Assembly: GCA_026770705.1 (NCBI GenBank)
Contig: JANJGN010000014.1
Span: forward strand, 70,866,001 to 70,930,000
Length of the DNA: 64,000 nt
Reading direction: 5' to 3'
Origin: Isurus oxyrinchus
Taxonomy: Eukaryota
The translations under genes were made by a program, and so were the position numbers. The notes under the pieces were generated by a model, which was not told where the DNA came from, did not search any database, and saw nothing but the letters and a program-made list of their open reading frames with translations. Every line of letters starts with the position of its first letter. Position 1 is the first letter of the stretch. Below are positions 1-13,945 of the stretch, in pieces.

Positions 1-660
1 GGTCAGCTCATTTCACCCACCCATCACTCCATAAAATCTCATGTCTGAGGCCATGCTATGGAAGTCTGTGTGCACTCCCTGTATCCTCTCAATGCTACAC
101 TCCATTTGTCTCTCCATGACGGCCACTACTCTCTCAATAGAGGACACCATACATTCACGTGCTAGAGAAATGGCACCACTCATGGCATGGATGCACTGCT
201 CTGAATGGACTGCTTCTGGAAATTCCGAATGATTTTCATCCATTTGTCTCTGGTGCTGAAGCACCTGCTATTTGCCATCTGCATGTAGCTGAGTATCGTT
301 GAGCTCTCCTCACTCTTCCTGGGGAAGAGACCAAAGCTGTCATTGTATCCGTTACGTTTTCCTACAAGCCTGTGCAATGCTCAGCATGCTGTGTCACCTG
401 TTTTGGACGCGCATCAAAGTCCTCTGATGTGAGTGTATCTGTGCTAGTGGAATAAAATGATGCAGTGTCTGGATGGTGTTGCATCTTCTGAGCTTTACAG
501 TGTAGCAGGAATTCTGGTCCCTTTGTCATCTGCTACTCTACCTGGGGGAGAGACATGATTTAAGTGAAACAGCTGCTCCTTCGTCCAAGCCCTGGTACAT
601 CCTGTTGGTGAGGAGCTTCTAATGGCAGTAAACTCCCCCATCAGTCCCACAGGCCACACA
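1..660 (-). mobile_element. Degenerate PIF/Harbinger-like element, left visible part (Myb/SANT-partner gene remnant), continuing outside the window
   Basis: Short broken minus-strand ORFs (13-264, 180-377) with coiled-coil-like character. The sequence style resembles 4140-5130 and 20720-22320. It appears split from 4140-5130 by the L2 insertion. Inference only. Confidence 0.35.
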
Positions 661-667
661 TAGTCTA

Positions 668-3660
668 CAACAACAATTTAGATTTATGTCGTGCCTTTAA
701 TATAATGCTACATGCCAAGGCACTTCATAGGACTATTAAAAAACAAAGGATGACACTGAGCCACATAAGGAAATATTAGGTTAGATGGGCAAAAGCTTGG
801 TTAAAGAAGTAGGTTTAAGGAGTGTCTTAAAGGAAAAAAGTGAGGTAGAGAGGCAGAGAGATGTAGGGAGGGAAACCCAGAGCTTGGGGCACGGCCTCAA
901 ATGGTGGGACAATTATAATCGGGAATACACAAGAGGCCAGAATTAGAGGAGGGCAGATATCTTGAAGGGTTGTGGGGCTAGAGGAGATTACAAAGTTAGA
1001 GAGGGGCATGGAGGAATTTGGAAACAAAAATGAGAATTTTAAAGCCAAGACATTGCTTGACCAGAAGACAATATAAGTCAATGAGTACAAGGATTATAGG
1101 TGAACAGGACTCGGTGAAGTTAAGACATGGGCAGCTGAGTTTTGGATGACATCCAAGTTTACAGAAGGTAGAATATGGGACACGAGATAAGTTGTGTTGG
1201 AATAGCCAGGTCTAGATGTAACAGACTGATGAATGAGGGTTTCAGCAGCAGATAAGCTGAAACAGGGGCGAAGTTAGGCAATGTTACGGAGGTGAAAATA
1301 GGTGGTCTTATTGATCATATGAATCTGAGGTCAGAAGCTCATCTCGGAATAAACCGTGACACCAAGGTTGTGAAAAGACTGGCTTAACGTCAGACTGTTG
1401 CGAGGGAGAGGGATAGAGTCAGTAACTAGGGAACAATGTTTGGAGTGGGGCTGAAAACAATAGCTTTAGCCTTCCCAATATTTAATAGAAGAAAATTTCT
1501 GCTCACAAAGTCCTGCAAGTCAGATAAGTGGTCTGATAATTTAGCAACAGTGGAGGAGTCAAGAGTGGTGGTGGTGAGGTAAAGCTGGTTGTTGTCAGTG
1601 TGCATGTGAAAATTAACTTTGTGCCTTTGAATTATGTGGCCGAGGGACAGCACATAGATGAGAAATAGGAGGGAGCTGAGGGACATCTGAGATAACATGC
1701 AGGATCAGGAAGAGAACCCGTTGCAAGTGATTCTCTGGCTATGATTAGATAAATAAGAATGGAACCACGTGAGAGCAGTCCTACCCATCTGGACAACAGT
1801 GGAAAGGATTTAGAGGAGGAAGGTGTGGTCATTCATGTCAAAGGATGTAAACAGGTTAGGAAGGATGAGGGGTGAAAGTTTACCTTTGTCACAGTTACAA
1901 AGGATGTCATTTGTGACTTTGATAAGAGCTGTTTTGGTATTGTGGCTGCATGTAAACCTGATTGGAAGGATTCAAACATGGAGTTCCAGGGACGATGGGA
2001 CTGGATTTGGGAGATAACAACAGGTTCAAAAACTTTGGAGAGGAAAGTAAGGTTGAGGATGGGATGGTAGTTTGCAAGGACAGTGGGATCAAGGGGTTAT
2101 TTTTTGAGGAGAGGGATGATGATGGCAGATTTAAAGGAGAGAGGGACATCAGCTGAATGGAGAGAATCTATTAGCTAATATGGGAGCCAAGAGGGGAAGT
2201 TGGCTGATCAGCATTTTAGTGGGAATAGGATTGAGGGAGCAGGAGACAAAAAGGGCATGTGGGGAAATAGGAGAGAAACCAGAGAAAGATGCAAGTTTAG
2301 CACTTGGGCAGAGTGGAGCATTGAAGGATGTTGAGGCAGGCGGACTAGTGGAAAGGAGCAACATGGCAGAAGCAGCTGATCAGATTGTCTCAGTCTTAGA
2401 ATCAATGAAGTCCATGAGCTCCTTGCACCTGATGGGTGTAAGAGTGGAGGGGAGAGCGGTTTAATAAGATAGTTTGTGGAAGAGAAAGGAAACCAGGGGT
2501 TATCCATGTAATCCAGGATGACCCTGGAATAATGAACAGTTTTAGCAGATGAGAGCAGGACTTGACAATGTTTCAAGTGGCCCTGCCAATTCTGGCAATG
2601 GATGGCTAAACCAGTTGTCTGTCATATTCTTTCAAGTCTGCATCCTTTGGACTTAAGGGAGTGTGCCGGGGAGATGTCCAGGGTGAGAGAGAATAATGGT
2701 TTTATTGGGGACAAGGACATCAAAGGTGGAGATGAGAGTGCAATTGAGTAAATCGAAAGCTGCAGAAATGTTGTGGTGAACAGAGGGCCAAAGACTAGAA
2801 AGTTTGGATTTTGGACATGTAGTTGTAAGTGAATTGGGGAATAGTTTTTTCCAAGGACAGATGCAGAAGGAGGTAGGGTTGGAGCAAGGTAGGTGAATAT
2901 GGATATGCAAGGAAGTGATAAGAGGTGGCTTTATCTGTGAGTGATAAATGGGAGTGGCAAGCCATGTAAGAAGGCAAGTTCAAGGGGATAGCTGTGAACA
3001 TGAGTTGGGGAATTTACATGGAGGGAGGATAGAAGGGCAGTGAACTCGGAGGAGAGACAGCGTGATGAAAAGTCATTCAGAGCAGAGGCTGAGAGGAAAG
3101 CAGTGAAGAAATCTTGGTGATAAAATTTTTATTGTACTTGGGAGGGTGGTACAGAATGATGATTTTGAAGGAGAGATGAGAGGGATTGACTATGGTGAGA
3201 TGTTCAAAGGAAGCGAATATGTGAGAGGGGTAGGGGGGTGCAGGTCAAAATATGATCTTGTGATAAGTGCCATACTGCCACCATGCTGATCATGATGGGG
3301 TGAGTGGTGGAAGATGTAGACAGGCAGGGAGGCTTCAATAAGGGAGAAGGTGTTATCGCCCCTTAGCTTGGCTTTCATTAAGGATATGATGCCAATGTAA
3401 TAATCCACAATATGTTCACGGATAGTAAGGACCTTGTTCACAAGTGCGTGGACATTCTGGAGGGTGATGTGCAGAGACGTGGTGGGAGAGACCACAGGGT
3501 CAGCATTGGGAGGGATGAGTTGGACGTGAAGAAGATTGCCAAGGTCAGCCCCTAGCGTTTGCATTGGGCAGGAAGATTGACAGGAGAGTGGAATGGGGCC
3601 ATTGGGGTTGCTGCTTTTAACAAGCAGCACAGAGCACCTTGATAAGACCCCCAAAGGTTG
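668..3660 (-). mobile_element. Decayed L2-clade LINE (ORF2 endonuclease + reverse transcriptase, 3' tail)
   Basis: ORF 3190-3654 reads LQNVHALVNK...GGSMALI (APE endonuclease N-terminus). ORF 1426-1698 has FHMHTDNNQLYL (decayed YADD motif). A typical L2 3' end with (TTG)n tail lies at ~668-730. Many stops and frameshifts. Confidence 0.85.
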
Positions 3661-4139
3661 CTAAGAAAGGCACAGAGGGAAGCCTATCTGACAGTCAGTC
3701 AAGCCTGGGATGCTGGCAAGACAGCAGGAAGGTCGAGGAGTACTGGAGGGTTGGGGTAGGGAATTGGGAGGGCAGAGTACCTGACAGTGGAGAAGTGAAA
3801 GGAGGTATGACAATAGTAGAGAGTCAAAGAGAGATAAAGAGAAAAAAAAGTAAAAAGAAAGAGCACAAGTGGAAGTAGGCTGATGGGCTTGGGTCAGGAG
3901 CATTAACAAAATGTGAGAATGAATTGACACATAGAGAGCTTGGATTACATTGGTCTATAGTTACATAAAAACTAGGATGCATAAAAACATGATAGTAAAC
4001 ACGTGATGGGAAGGAGTCCAGAATTTAAGTCGGAGACCCACAGCAGAATACTGACTTAGGAAGACTGGAGTCAGCATGAAGCATCAATGAACTGTTGTCC
4101 AAGTTAGGAGACAGGTTAAGTAAGTGAAGTTTAGAAGCT

Positions 4140-5130
4140 GCTTGAAGGTAAAGTTTCGGACAGCATACTCATGGAAGTACTTTGCACAACTTCCGCTCCT
4201 ATCTGACCCTCAGCGACAGGTTGACCTGCCTTGACCCATCTGAGCTCCATTCCCTCCTCCGACATCAGTGTCACTATGGCAATGAAAGGCACTCCACCCC
4301 TGATTCATTGACACTCCCTGGCATTCTGAGTTAGTTTCTACTGCAAGCACAGACATGCATGGTGTCACTTCCATCTAATGGCCCATCTATGTAGGTTGCT
4401 CTGTGGCAGTGTAAATGTGCACCACCATGCCACTGATATGGCATGGTGAGGCAACCATTCAGCCACCCCAACAAAGCATTCACCCATCACTGACCATTGG
4501 ATTCGAATGCATGTGAATTGGGTGCCACAAAGTGGGCGTTGGTGCCTGGTGTTACCCCATGTATGGGTCTATCACCTGGTTTCACACTTTGTGGGCACCG
4601 TTTATGCTGGGCTTCCAGTTTGCAGCTCTAAACGTCATTCACTTTTCTAGACCACAACAGGTCATTAAATTTCTTTCTGCACTGGATCCAGGTTCTTGCA
4701 ATGACCCCTTAGCTGCTTATGATCTCTTAGCTCCAAATCTGCCTTCTTGGTGAGGCCTGCTGGCAACAGGGCATCTCTCCTTTCTCTGACTGCCTGCAGG
4801 AGAGCCTCCAGAGAGATTTCACTGAATTGTGGAGCTACCCTTCCTTATGCTGAAGCTATTGCTCTGCTACCTCCATTGCTGCAGACTTCCTTGTTTTTTG
4901 CCATGCCTTCAAACTGCCTGACTGCTGCACATGTGCCTTTAAAAATAGAGTCTCCATGCGAGCTGCTAGATCCATGACCCACCCACCACCAATAATTGGC
5001 TGGCTCCACTACCTAAGGACCCTTAATTGGCTCTTCATCTTAAAAACATGGAGCAAGCCCTCTCATGCGTGCCACCAACCCGCATATACCCCCAACATCA
5101 GCTCATCCACCCAATTGGCAAAATTCAGAC
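4140..5130 (-). mobile_element. Harbinger-like element end with terminal-inverted-repeat-like sequence
   Basis: GGCAAAATTCAGAC at 5117-5130 (reverse complement GTCTGAATTTTGCC) resembles the TIR GGGCTGAATTTTCC of the complete element at 14009. Left boundary approximate. Confidence 0.5.
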
Positions 5131-5193
5131 AATTAACTCTGTTCCTTTCTCCAAAGATGCTGCTGGACCTGCTGAGCATTTCCAACATTTTCT
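5131..5193 (-). repeat. Fragment of short shark interspersed repeat (CTCAGCAGGTC..GCAGCATC family)
   Basis: Reverse complement CAGAAAATGTTGGAAATGCTCAGCAGGTCCAGCAGCATCTTTGGAGAAAGGAACAGAGTTAA matches the copies at 13946, 29974 and 32006. Confidence 0.75.
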
Positions 5194-5869
5194 GATAAAA
5201 TGGACTGTTGGGTTTATATCACAATCCTATTATGCCTAGTAAATAGCATAACTACACATGTAGAGAACCTGTTTGATCCAATCAGTCTAATTTTCTATTA
5301 TTTTCCATGTTAACAGTCCTCCTAATTTCATAAACCTATCCTGTCCATGCCAGGAATGAAGATGCTTTTTGAGAACTGGGCCTCATTTATGTATAATTGT
5401 CAAGCTAACCAACCAAACCCACTTCCCAAAGCGGCTCGGTCAGATTTAGGCCAGTGCAATATTAGCAGAGCTAAAGCCACTCCCCCCTGTCATTAGCAAG
5501 CTAAGCCTTGGGAGTAGGAGTCATTGGCCATATTGGAGGGGCATGAGCCTGAGATAACAATGGCCAGGATTTGCTAGAGTACTCCTTCTAACCATATCTT
5601 TTTGGGGTATCTTCTGCCTTACCACCAGTAAAACTGGTTGGCCTGTTTTTGGCACATGCTCTGCCCAATTGATTTCCAAAATAGAGCCTTACGTATATTA
5701 TGAGACTCAAATAATGTACATAATTTTAGTTTAGTATAAAAGCCCACCCAACATTAGGCTCCTTTAAAAATGGCAACAACCAGATGTTAATATTAACTGG
5801 ATAGGAAGTCTACTGACCGCACTTTGAGGTTGTTAGTACCTCACTAATGACAATTTGGCCAAGTTAAAA

Positions 5870-6260
5870 GTAGTGCATTCCATAGTCTCACTGCCTAATT
5901 TAAAATATTTCTCTTGCTGTATGTCCTAACTCTCTTACGTATAATCTTATAACTGTATCCCTTCATTGTATACCCCTCAGACAACTCAAACAGCCTGTCT
6001 CTATCTATTCTGTCCCATCCCTCTGTAATTTTAAATATCTCTGTCAAAACATGCAGTAAATTCCTCTCTAGCCAAATAGACACGAATTTCAAATTATTCT
6101 TCATATTAGTATTTGCACGCACCAAGTCACATCCTGGTGAATCTGTGTTATGTCATCTATCTGGTCTCAACATCCTTGCTATAGTGTGAAACCCAAACTA
6201 GACATAGTACTCCAATAGGTTCACCTTTATATCTCGACTTTCATATTCAACACCATGCCA
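5870..6260 (-). mobile_element. Old CR1 LINE 3' fragment
   Basis: ORF 5895-6125 has LTEIFKITEGWDRIDRDRLFEL...MKGYSYKI, the CR1 ORF2 C-terminal motif. Confidence 0.7.
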
Positions 6261-6644
6261 TATTCAGTTAATATTTTTGTGAGCTTATTCCACTTGAATG
6301 TCTGCTTTTGATATCTTGTGAACCAGAACTGAAAATCCTCTGCCATTCCACATCACCTAGCGTTAAACCATTCGAAACAATACAAAGAAAAACAAACAGT
6401 ATCTCCTAAATCTTACTGTCATATTTTTCACCATTTCACCGTTTTACCAAAATCACCTTGCGGCTTCCTTTGATTCTCAGAATTATTTAATATGCCTACG
6501 AATTTAGTATGCACTTCAAATATGAACTCCACATCCTTTAGCCTGAGAAGCTGCCCTTAACTCCTGCTATCTGCTTCTTCCCTTCTAACTAGTTTTTAAT
6601 CCAGTTTTCTACCATTTCATTAATTCTATTCTTCTTAAAGTAGC

Positions 6645-8220
6645 TAAGTCACCTGGTCCAGATGGCTTGCATCTAAAGCTGCTGAAGAAAATGGGGGTGG
6701 AGATAGTGGAAGTGGATAGTGGAAGCTGGAAGATTTTCCAATCTTCCTAGACACAGGGAAGGTGGTAGAGGATTGCAGAGTGGCAAAAATGACACCCTTA
6801 TTCAAGAAAAGTTGTAAAGACAGTCCTAGCAACTGTAGGCCAGTTAGTTGAACATCAATAGTGGGTAAAGTTTTAGAAACAAATACCAGGGAAAAAATCA
6901 ACAGGCACTTGGTGAAGTTTGAATTAAGGAAAGCAAGCACAGATTGGGAAAAGGCAGTTCATGTTTCACCATTTGAATTTTTTGATAGAGCAACAGAGAA
7001 GGTTGATGAAGGCAATGCAATGGATGTTGTCTATATGGATTTAAGAAAGTGTTCGATAAAGTACCACATAAAAGACCGGTCAAAAAAATTGAGGCTCATG
7101 GAATAGGAGAGTCAGTGACCAATTGCATAAAAGATTAGCTTAAGGGCAGAAAACAGCAAGCTGTGGTAAATGATTATATTTCAGACTGCAGGATGGTTGA
7201 CAGTGGTGTTCTCCAAGAGTCAGTGCCAGGATAGTGACTTTCTTTGCTAGATATAAATGTCTAAGGTCTTGGAATACAGAGTGGAATTTCAAAATGTATT
7301 GGCGATACCAAGCTTGGAGAAGTGGCAAACAGTGAGGATGATACAAGTTGCCTGCAACATGACATCGAAAGGCTAGTAGAATGGACAGACAGGTGGTGTT
7401 TAATATAGAAAAGTGTGAGATGATATATTTTGGCAAATGGGATAGGGAGAGGCAATATAGACTTAATGGCACCATTCTAAAGAGTGCTCAGGATCAGAGG
7501 GGCCTGGGGATGGGTGGAGGGGAGGATGTGCATCACGACCTTTGAAGGTGGCAGGGCAGATTGAAAGAGTGGTTAGCAAAGTATTTGGGATCTTGGACTT
7601 CATAAATGCAGGCATTGAGTACAAAAGCAGGAAAGTTATGCTGAACCTTTATAAAGCTTTGGTTAGGTCTCAACTGGTGTATTGCAGCCACTTCTGGTCA
7701 ACACTCTTTTAGGAAGGTTATGATGGTGCTTGAGAGGGTGCAGAAGAGATTTAGCAGAATGGTTCCAGGGATGGGGGATTTTGGTTACAAGGTTAGGTTG
7801 AAAAAGTTGAGGTTGTTCTCCTTGAAGCAAAGGAGATTGAAGGGAGATTTGATAGAAGCATACAAGATTGTGACAGATTTGAAAAAGATAGATAGGGAAA
7901 AGCTGTTCCCATTAGCTGATGGCACAAGAACTAGGCAACACAGATTTAAGGTTTTAGGCAAGAGATGTAGGCAGGATGTGAGGAAGAACTTTTTCACGCA
8001 GTGTGCAATAATGACCTGGAACTCGCTGCCTATTGGGGTGGTGGAGGTGGAAACAATCAATGATTTCAAAAGGAAATTGATGGTACTTGAAGGAAATAAA
8101 TCTGCAAGGCTACAGGGATCGAGTGGGAGATTGGGACTGACTGGATTGCTTCATGGAGAGTCAGCATGGACTTAATAGGCTGAATAGCCTCATTCTGTGC
8201 CATAAATGACTCTATGACTT
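6645..8220 (+). mobile_element. 5'-truncated CR1 LINE (RT and C-terminus)
   Basis: ORFs 6861-7106 (VDEGNAMDVVYMDL) and 7720-8175 (LERVQKRFSRMVPGM...LFSLKQRRLKGDLIEAYKI...FFTQCAIMTWNSLP). Short tandem tail ATGACTCTATGACT at ~8207-8220. Confidence 0.9.
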
Positions 8221-8224
8221 AGTC

Positions 8225-8910
8225 TTCTACAATAATGTCCTGTGTGGTACTTTATTAAAGGTTTCTTGAAAGTCTATTTACACCACATCCAATGCATTTA
8301 CTTGCTCCACCATATATGTCACCTCCTCAAAGAACTGTGTCAGGTTCAACAAGCCTATAAACTTATGAAAGCATTGGGCAGGAAACAACTAGCTGGTCCA
8401 TCCAACACACCCCATATAGTTGTCATGCCTTTTGCATTTCATCAAGAGGCTCCTTAGCCTGGAGGTACCATGTGGTCTCTTGAAAGAGGTGGAAAACTAG
8501 AACCAAGGATAATTAAAGAAGAAAAAAGTCTGGAAAATCCTCTCCAATCTCCATAGACAATAAAACATGCTCAGGAGATCTTTCTGAAATCTGTGTTGGC
8601 TCCTTCTAATTATTTTCTCTTCATCTAGGTATTTAGTAAATTCATGTATAATTAAAGAGTTCTAAATCTCTCTCATCACAGATGTTAAACTAACTGGTCT
8701 GCAAACACTTAAATTAGCTTTGTCTCCTTTTCTAAAATAAGTATTATGTTAGCTGTTCTCCAGTTCTCTTGTATACACCCATGTACGATACAGCTCCGAA
8801 ATATAATTTCTAGAGTCTCTGCTTTTTTTTCTCATCCCATCTCCCTCAGGTTCCTTGAACATAATGTATCAAATCCCATTTCTTTGCCATCCTTTAGCTT
8901 AACTTAATTC
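8225..8910 (-). mobile_element. Older CR1 fragments on the opposite strand
   Basis: GTGGTACTTTATTAAAGG...GAAAGTCTATTTACACCACATCC is the reverse complement of the DVVYxDFxKAFDKVPH region. Highly decayed and interrupted. Confidence 0.5.
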
Positions 8911-9583
8911 AATGCTTTCCTGTATTTATTAAACCTTTCTTGTTACGTCTAACAAGTTCAGGATTTACCTTCGCACTATCTTTCGGTTTTATTTATCATA
9001 ACTAGATTTAGCAATGCTTTTCTGGTCATAGGCATTCAAACATGAAAGAGTCTTGCATACATTTTAAGAAGTACATTTGTCCTTATCTATTTACTCCCTC
9101 CCCGTCTCCGTAAATAATTAATCACTTCCATAACATCTCCTACTTCAACCCCTGTCACTCCCCATAATTTTACAACCCCAATCCATTATCATTTTCAGCT
9201 TAAGACTCAATTTGTCTAAATGTTATTTTTTAGCTAAGCTCCACAGATTGTAATATATTCAGGAAACCATAGCCTGTGCTTTCACGCATTCCAAGTCCCA
9301 AAATAAAACTTATTTTAGAACTTGCAATAATCTTATTTGGAAAGTATTAAATACAAAAAAATTCTAAAACAAAATGTAACTATTGCCACAGAATATAATG
9401 ACAATTTCTGTAAGTTTACATTTGTTCTCTTTAGTCACATATGCTATTATAAATATAAATTAAGTCTAAAAATATCTGAGAATAGTGAAATTTCAGAGAT
9501 TATAGTGTTTACTTTTCCTTTATAGCATCATATTGCTTGGAAACTGTGATGTAACTTTGTATCTACTTGTCAGTGTAACATAT

Positions 9584-9628
9584 ATTCATTTTAAACTCAT
9601 TCATTTTAAAATCATTCATTTTAAAATC
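9584..9628. repeat. 15-bp tandem repeat x3 (ATTCATTTTAAAMTC)
   Basis: Three consecutive units read directly, with one mismatch. Confidence 0.9.
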
Positions 9629-11739
9629 ACTTATTAATTGTACGTGGCCTGGATTTTGAATAATTGTTTGAGTGTAAACATTCTTGCCATAAATAGAGCA
9701 GTTAGAAATTAATAAGTCATTTGCAATGCTGAAAATTAAATCCCATTTCAGCTATAATAATGTTAAGAACATTTTAACATTTATTGACAGAGAGTAATTA
9801 TTTCCCGTTATTTTGAAACTTATTACACTGCCGGTTCTCCAAACTTGACAACAGAATACAACTGCAATAGCAAGATTAATTCCAAAATCAATAGATTATC
9901 ATATCATTAGTCTGCATATCCAGCACAATTCATAAAATTTAAATATAATTAATAAGAACTTAAGCCTCGGAACAACAGCTAGCCAATTTCTATTTTGGGA
10001 GATCAATTAAAATATCAAATAAATAATAAATATAGAGAATAAAATTCTATGGTTGCATTTTAGATATTGCAGCTGTCACAATTGACATTAAATGAAGCAA
10101 TACAAACTGGCTGTGGGTAAAAAAGGTGTTAATATCCCAGAGTTTATTACATTTGAGATGATAAAGGAGTAATGGATGAGGTAACTGCAATATGAGGCTA
10201 AGTCAATTTAGGAAAATCTCACAATGTGTCATATAAAAAGTTGAAGAGGTTATCAGTTTATTTTTCATAACTCCAAAAGCAAGTTGTGTTTGTTTTAATG
10301 CTATTGGCTAAATGGACTACAAGATTAAGGCAAGAACATGTGGACAGTCAGATCCATAGACTTTATTTTTCCACGAACTCTTAATATGCATGCACTGTCC
10401 TTATCTGATGACCAGTTGTTTTACAGAAATTAGAAATTTATTATGCAGACAAAAAACTTTTGTTGATAAAAAAAATTAAAAACACTGTGTAATTGTACAA
10501 TGGAGTCATGAGAAGGAAAAGGGGAGGCAGTAGAAGCTATGATGGCTGTTATGAACAGGTGGGGGTGGTTAAATCAAACAGCCCTGATTTCTCCTCTCAC
10601 CATCTGTTCGAAAACAGAAAAATGATTTGATTTTGGTTTCCCCCTTTATAAATGGTGGCCTGTTTCCTAACCCCTCGATTTTGGTGTGATCCAATATCTA
10701 TTGGTAATCTCACAGCAAACTCATAATAGGATGAACTCAAAGAGTTAGTTTATTTGCACACACTCAAAATGCAGGAGGTGGGTCACCACATAGCCTCCTA
10801 TGCACTCATACAACAAAATAAAGAAAGAGAAAAGATTTACAGGGCAAAGACCACAGAGAAAAGAATTATTGTTTCATGTGAGCCCGAGTCCATAATCAAA
10901 GTTCAATGGATCTTCCTTCACAGAAGTTGGCAGGTTGAAAGCTGATGCTGTATAGTTCACTTTTCCAGTAGAATTGACTTCCATGATGAGGTGGACATGT
11001 GGAGATGAATCAGTCTTGTAGGCGATGGTACAGAAGTTCCAGCAGAAACAGTGTAGATGGGGCCAGCAATTCAAACTTAGACAGAGCCCCTTTTCTGTGC
11101 TACTGCTCGTAGATGGTAAAAATGCCAGACTGGCTTTTGCAGTACAGCAAGGCAATATAACTGGTTCCACCAGCTAGAGGCTCATATCACATGGCTCCCA
11201 TCTCTTCACAGTGTTTTTGACAAAGGGTATCTCCCGTCTGGGTTCCCAAGATGGTTAAATGTTCCAACCATTAAGACTTGAAAGGAAGGTTGTGGGGTCC
11301 TTTGTCCCAGGAGACGAATAGGCTCTGGTTGGCCAGGCCTTGTAGGTGGCCTTTGTATAGTTTTTTTTTTTAAAATTTGGGTTCTGCAGCCCACAGGGAG
11401 TCATTGGTGTGTTTTCAGAGATAATGAGCTGTATGTTTCTGAAAAACTGCCAGATAGCTCCTTTTCTTCAAGGGTCACAGACAGACATAGCTTCAGCCAT
11501 TTTAAAAGGGTCTTTGCCCAGTTTTAAAATTTTAGAAATTTGCCATGAGGATACCTATATTTATTTTATAAAAACATATAGTGTGTGGTGCGAACATGTG
11601 GCCAAAAATATGTCAGCAATCCAATGCTTTTGTAGATAAAACTGCCAGCTTTTTCACACATATCATTTGTAAGATTTTCAAAACCATTTACTCCAATAAG
11701 CAATTTCATGAACAACAATACACCAATAGCTGTTAAAAG

Positions 11740-12060
11740 GTTATGAGGATTTGAAAGAGATGTTCAAGATTAAGAGCAGTTTCAGCAGAGTAGATAGGGA
11801 AAGTTATTTCCATTGGCAGAACTGTCAAAAAACAGAGGACACAGATTTAAGAGAATTGGCTAAAGAAGTGAGATGGAGGGGATCGTAGGAGAGAGAGAAG
11901 GGGAATTTTGAGAGAAAAAGCATTCTCATCTCCGTCTTAAAAGGGAAACCTCTTATTCTTAAACTGTGTCTCTTAGTTCAAATCACCCCCACAAGTGGAA
12001 ATATCCTCCCAGTATCCACCTTATCCAGTCCCCTCAGGATCTTATATGTTTCAATAAAAT
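11740..12060. mobile_element. Two short CR1 C-terminal fragments in opposite orientation
   Basis: A plus-strand piece at ~11740-11870 (AGAGTAGATAGGGAAAG...AGAGGACACAGATTTAAG) and a minus-strand piece at ~11915-12058 (CCTCTTATTCTTAAACTGTG...TCCCCTCAGGATCTTATATGTTTCAATAA). Confidence 0.6.
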
Positions 12061-12689
12061 TATTTTTTAGTTTTCTTCATTTATTTTTGTTTTTATTTTT
12101 CATTTGTTAGTTTCCAATTCTACAGAAAGGTATTAAATGTAAGCATGTGCATTTCAGAAGTGGATTCACTGCTGATTGACAATATAAGATATCAGGTCAG
12201 ATGACCAAAAACCTGGTCAAAAGGTTAAGTACTTTGGCTGCTTGATGACTTGCAGCCAGTTTCAGATTTTGGTTCTCAAACTGCTGACAACTGATGGTAC
12301 TGGGGTAATAATGGCACTGAAATCAGCTTCATTACATGCCTACTGGGTTAACATTTCTCAGGCCCACCAGTCTAATTTTGATGGGGGAGGTCATTATGAT
12401 ACAATGGGAAGTTGATAGTGGCCATTGAGTTTTGATTTGCTCTTTTGCCCAGTGTGAAACATGGATACAGGCAGTCTGGAAACTCTATAGTCTTTAGGTG
12501 ATGGCCCATCATTAACCACTGAGATGTATGAATTCCACAGGTGACTGTGAGATAAACTCAACTATGTCCATATTTAATTAGGCATTTGCCGGAGACTTGA
12601 TACTGTCTGTAGTCCAGATGTTAAAATTCTCATGATTTGCAGCAGCCATCTTGACAGCTTGTTTGTGTCCAATTTTTAAAAGTATTGAC

Positions 12690-13300
12690 TGAAAGTTCAT
12701 AATATGACATGCCTTTACTGGGCATGATACAGAACTGGTGTCAGGAAATGTTACGGAGGTGGGAGTAGTCGTGGAAGTAGAAGTCTTGATTACGGTCCGG
12801 ATACATGGTCAGAACCCATCTCATAGTCAAATAAGGGACCAAGGTTTTGAATGGTCTGGTTCAGCCTCAGCTAATGGAGAGTGATGACCAAGCAATGGGT
12901 TTTGTGGTTGGAAACAAAGACAATGACTTCACAGACTGAGACTGACTAATCTACGCGATCATTTGCCTGATCCAATAGGGTAGGGCTAGCCTGAGCAGAG
13001 AGGAATCCTAATGGGAAAAGGAAATCTAATATGCTTTCATGGCTGCCAAAATGGACTAAAAGAATAGTTGTTGAGGAATGCAACAATGAGCTGCAAAGGA
13101 AAAAGGAAATGATCCACAGATGGAAATGGAATATTACATAGGACCATGTAGTGAAGATGGACAATTTGTACATGAGAACATGATTTGTTTAAGAACATGG
13201 ATGACTTGCAAATAAAAACAAAGGAACTGGAACGAATGCTGAGTGATAGAGGAGGAAGTTTTCCAATTTTAACCAGGGTGACCCAAATAGAATGTCAATA
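12690..13300 (-). mobile_element. Old L2-like fragment
   Basis: Patchy similarity to the L2 copy at 1300-1900 (e.g. GACCAAGGTTTTGAATGGTCTGGTTCAGCCTCAG). Boundaries approximate. Confidence 0.4.
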
Positions 13301-13639
13301 TCCTGAATTATGCTGGAAATCATCAATTCTCTATTTACACCAAGGAAAGATTAATGGAAATGTCATAGTGAACAGCACAATTGGGCCACCTCTTAAGTAC
13401 TATTTCAAGTATACTGTCCACTATTTAACCCAAAGCTGCAATAAAACTGTTCCAATAGTTCAAGCAATTAGAACCAGTGATAAACTTTGCTGGAGCTAGA
13501 TATCTCTGGTGAAATAAACATGTGGCGCTTGCACCAAAAACTCAGTTTGAGAGCGAATGCAATTCCAATGTTTAGGGTAACTGGGCATAGATAAACTAAT
13601 TCAGTGTGTAGAACTTAATTATTGTGCTTTCTTCACCCA

Positions 13640-13766
13640 ATGTGCAGGATTACAGGGAAAATGCAGGAGATTGGCACTAAGTTAAAATGCTCAGAGAGCT
13701 GGTGCAGACATGATGGGCCAAATGGCCTCCTTCTACCCATAACAATTCTGTGATTCTGTGATTCTT
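13640..13766 (+). mobile_element. CR1 3' UTR/tail fragment
   Basis: Closely matches the 3' end of the CR1 at ~27560-27670 (CACTAAGTTAAAATGCTCAGAGAGCTG...AATGGCCTCCTTCTAC). Ends in the tandem tail ATTCTGTGATTCTGTGATTCT. Confidence 0.8.
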
Positions 13767-13945
13767 TGGAAGCTTAGATCCTACAAAATTATAAGATTTC
13801 AAGGTCTTAATCACTGTTCCAGAGAGACCGTTAAATTATAAAAACTATGGAGAAAATATTCCTGAAAAAGCTGACAAGATAACCTGTGAAATGGCTAAGG
13901 ATTCCTGGAGTTGTATCAAAAAGAAGTTTTATACAATAGTGATAA

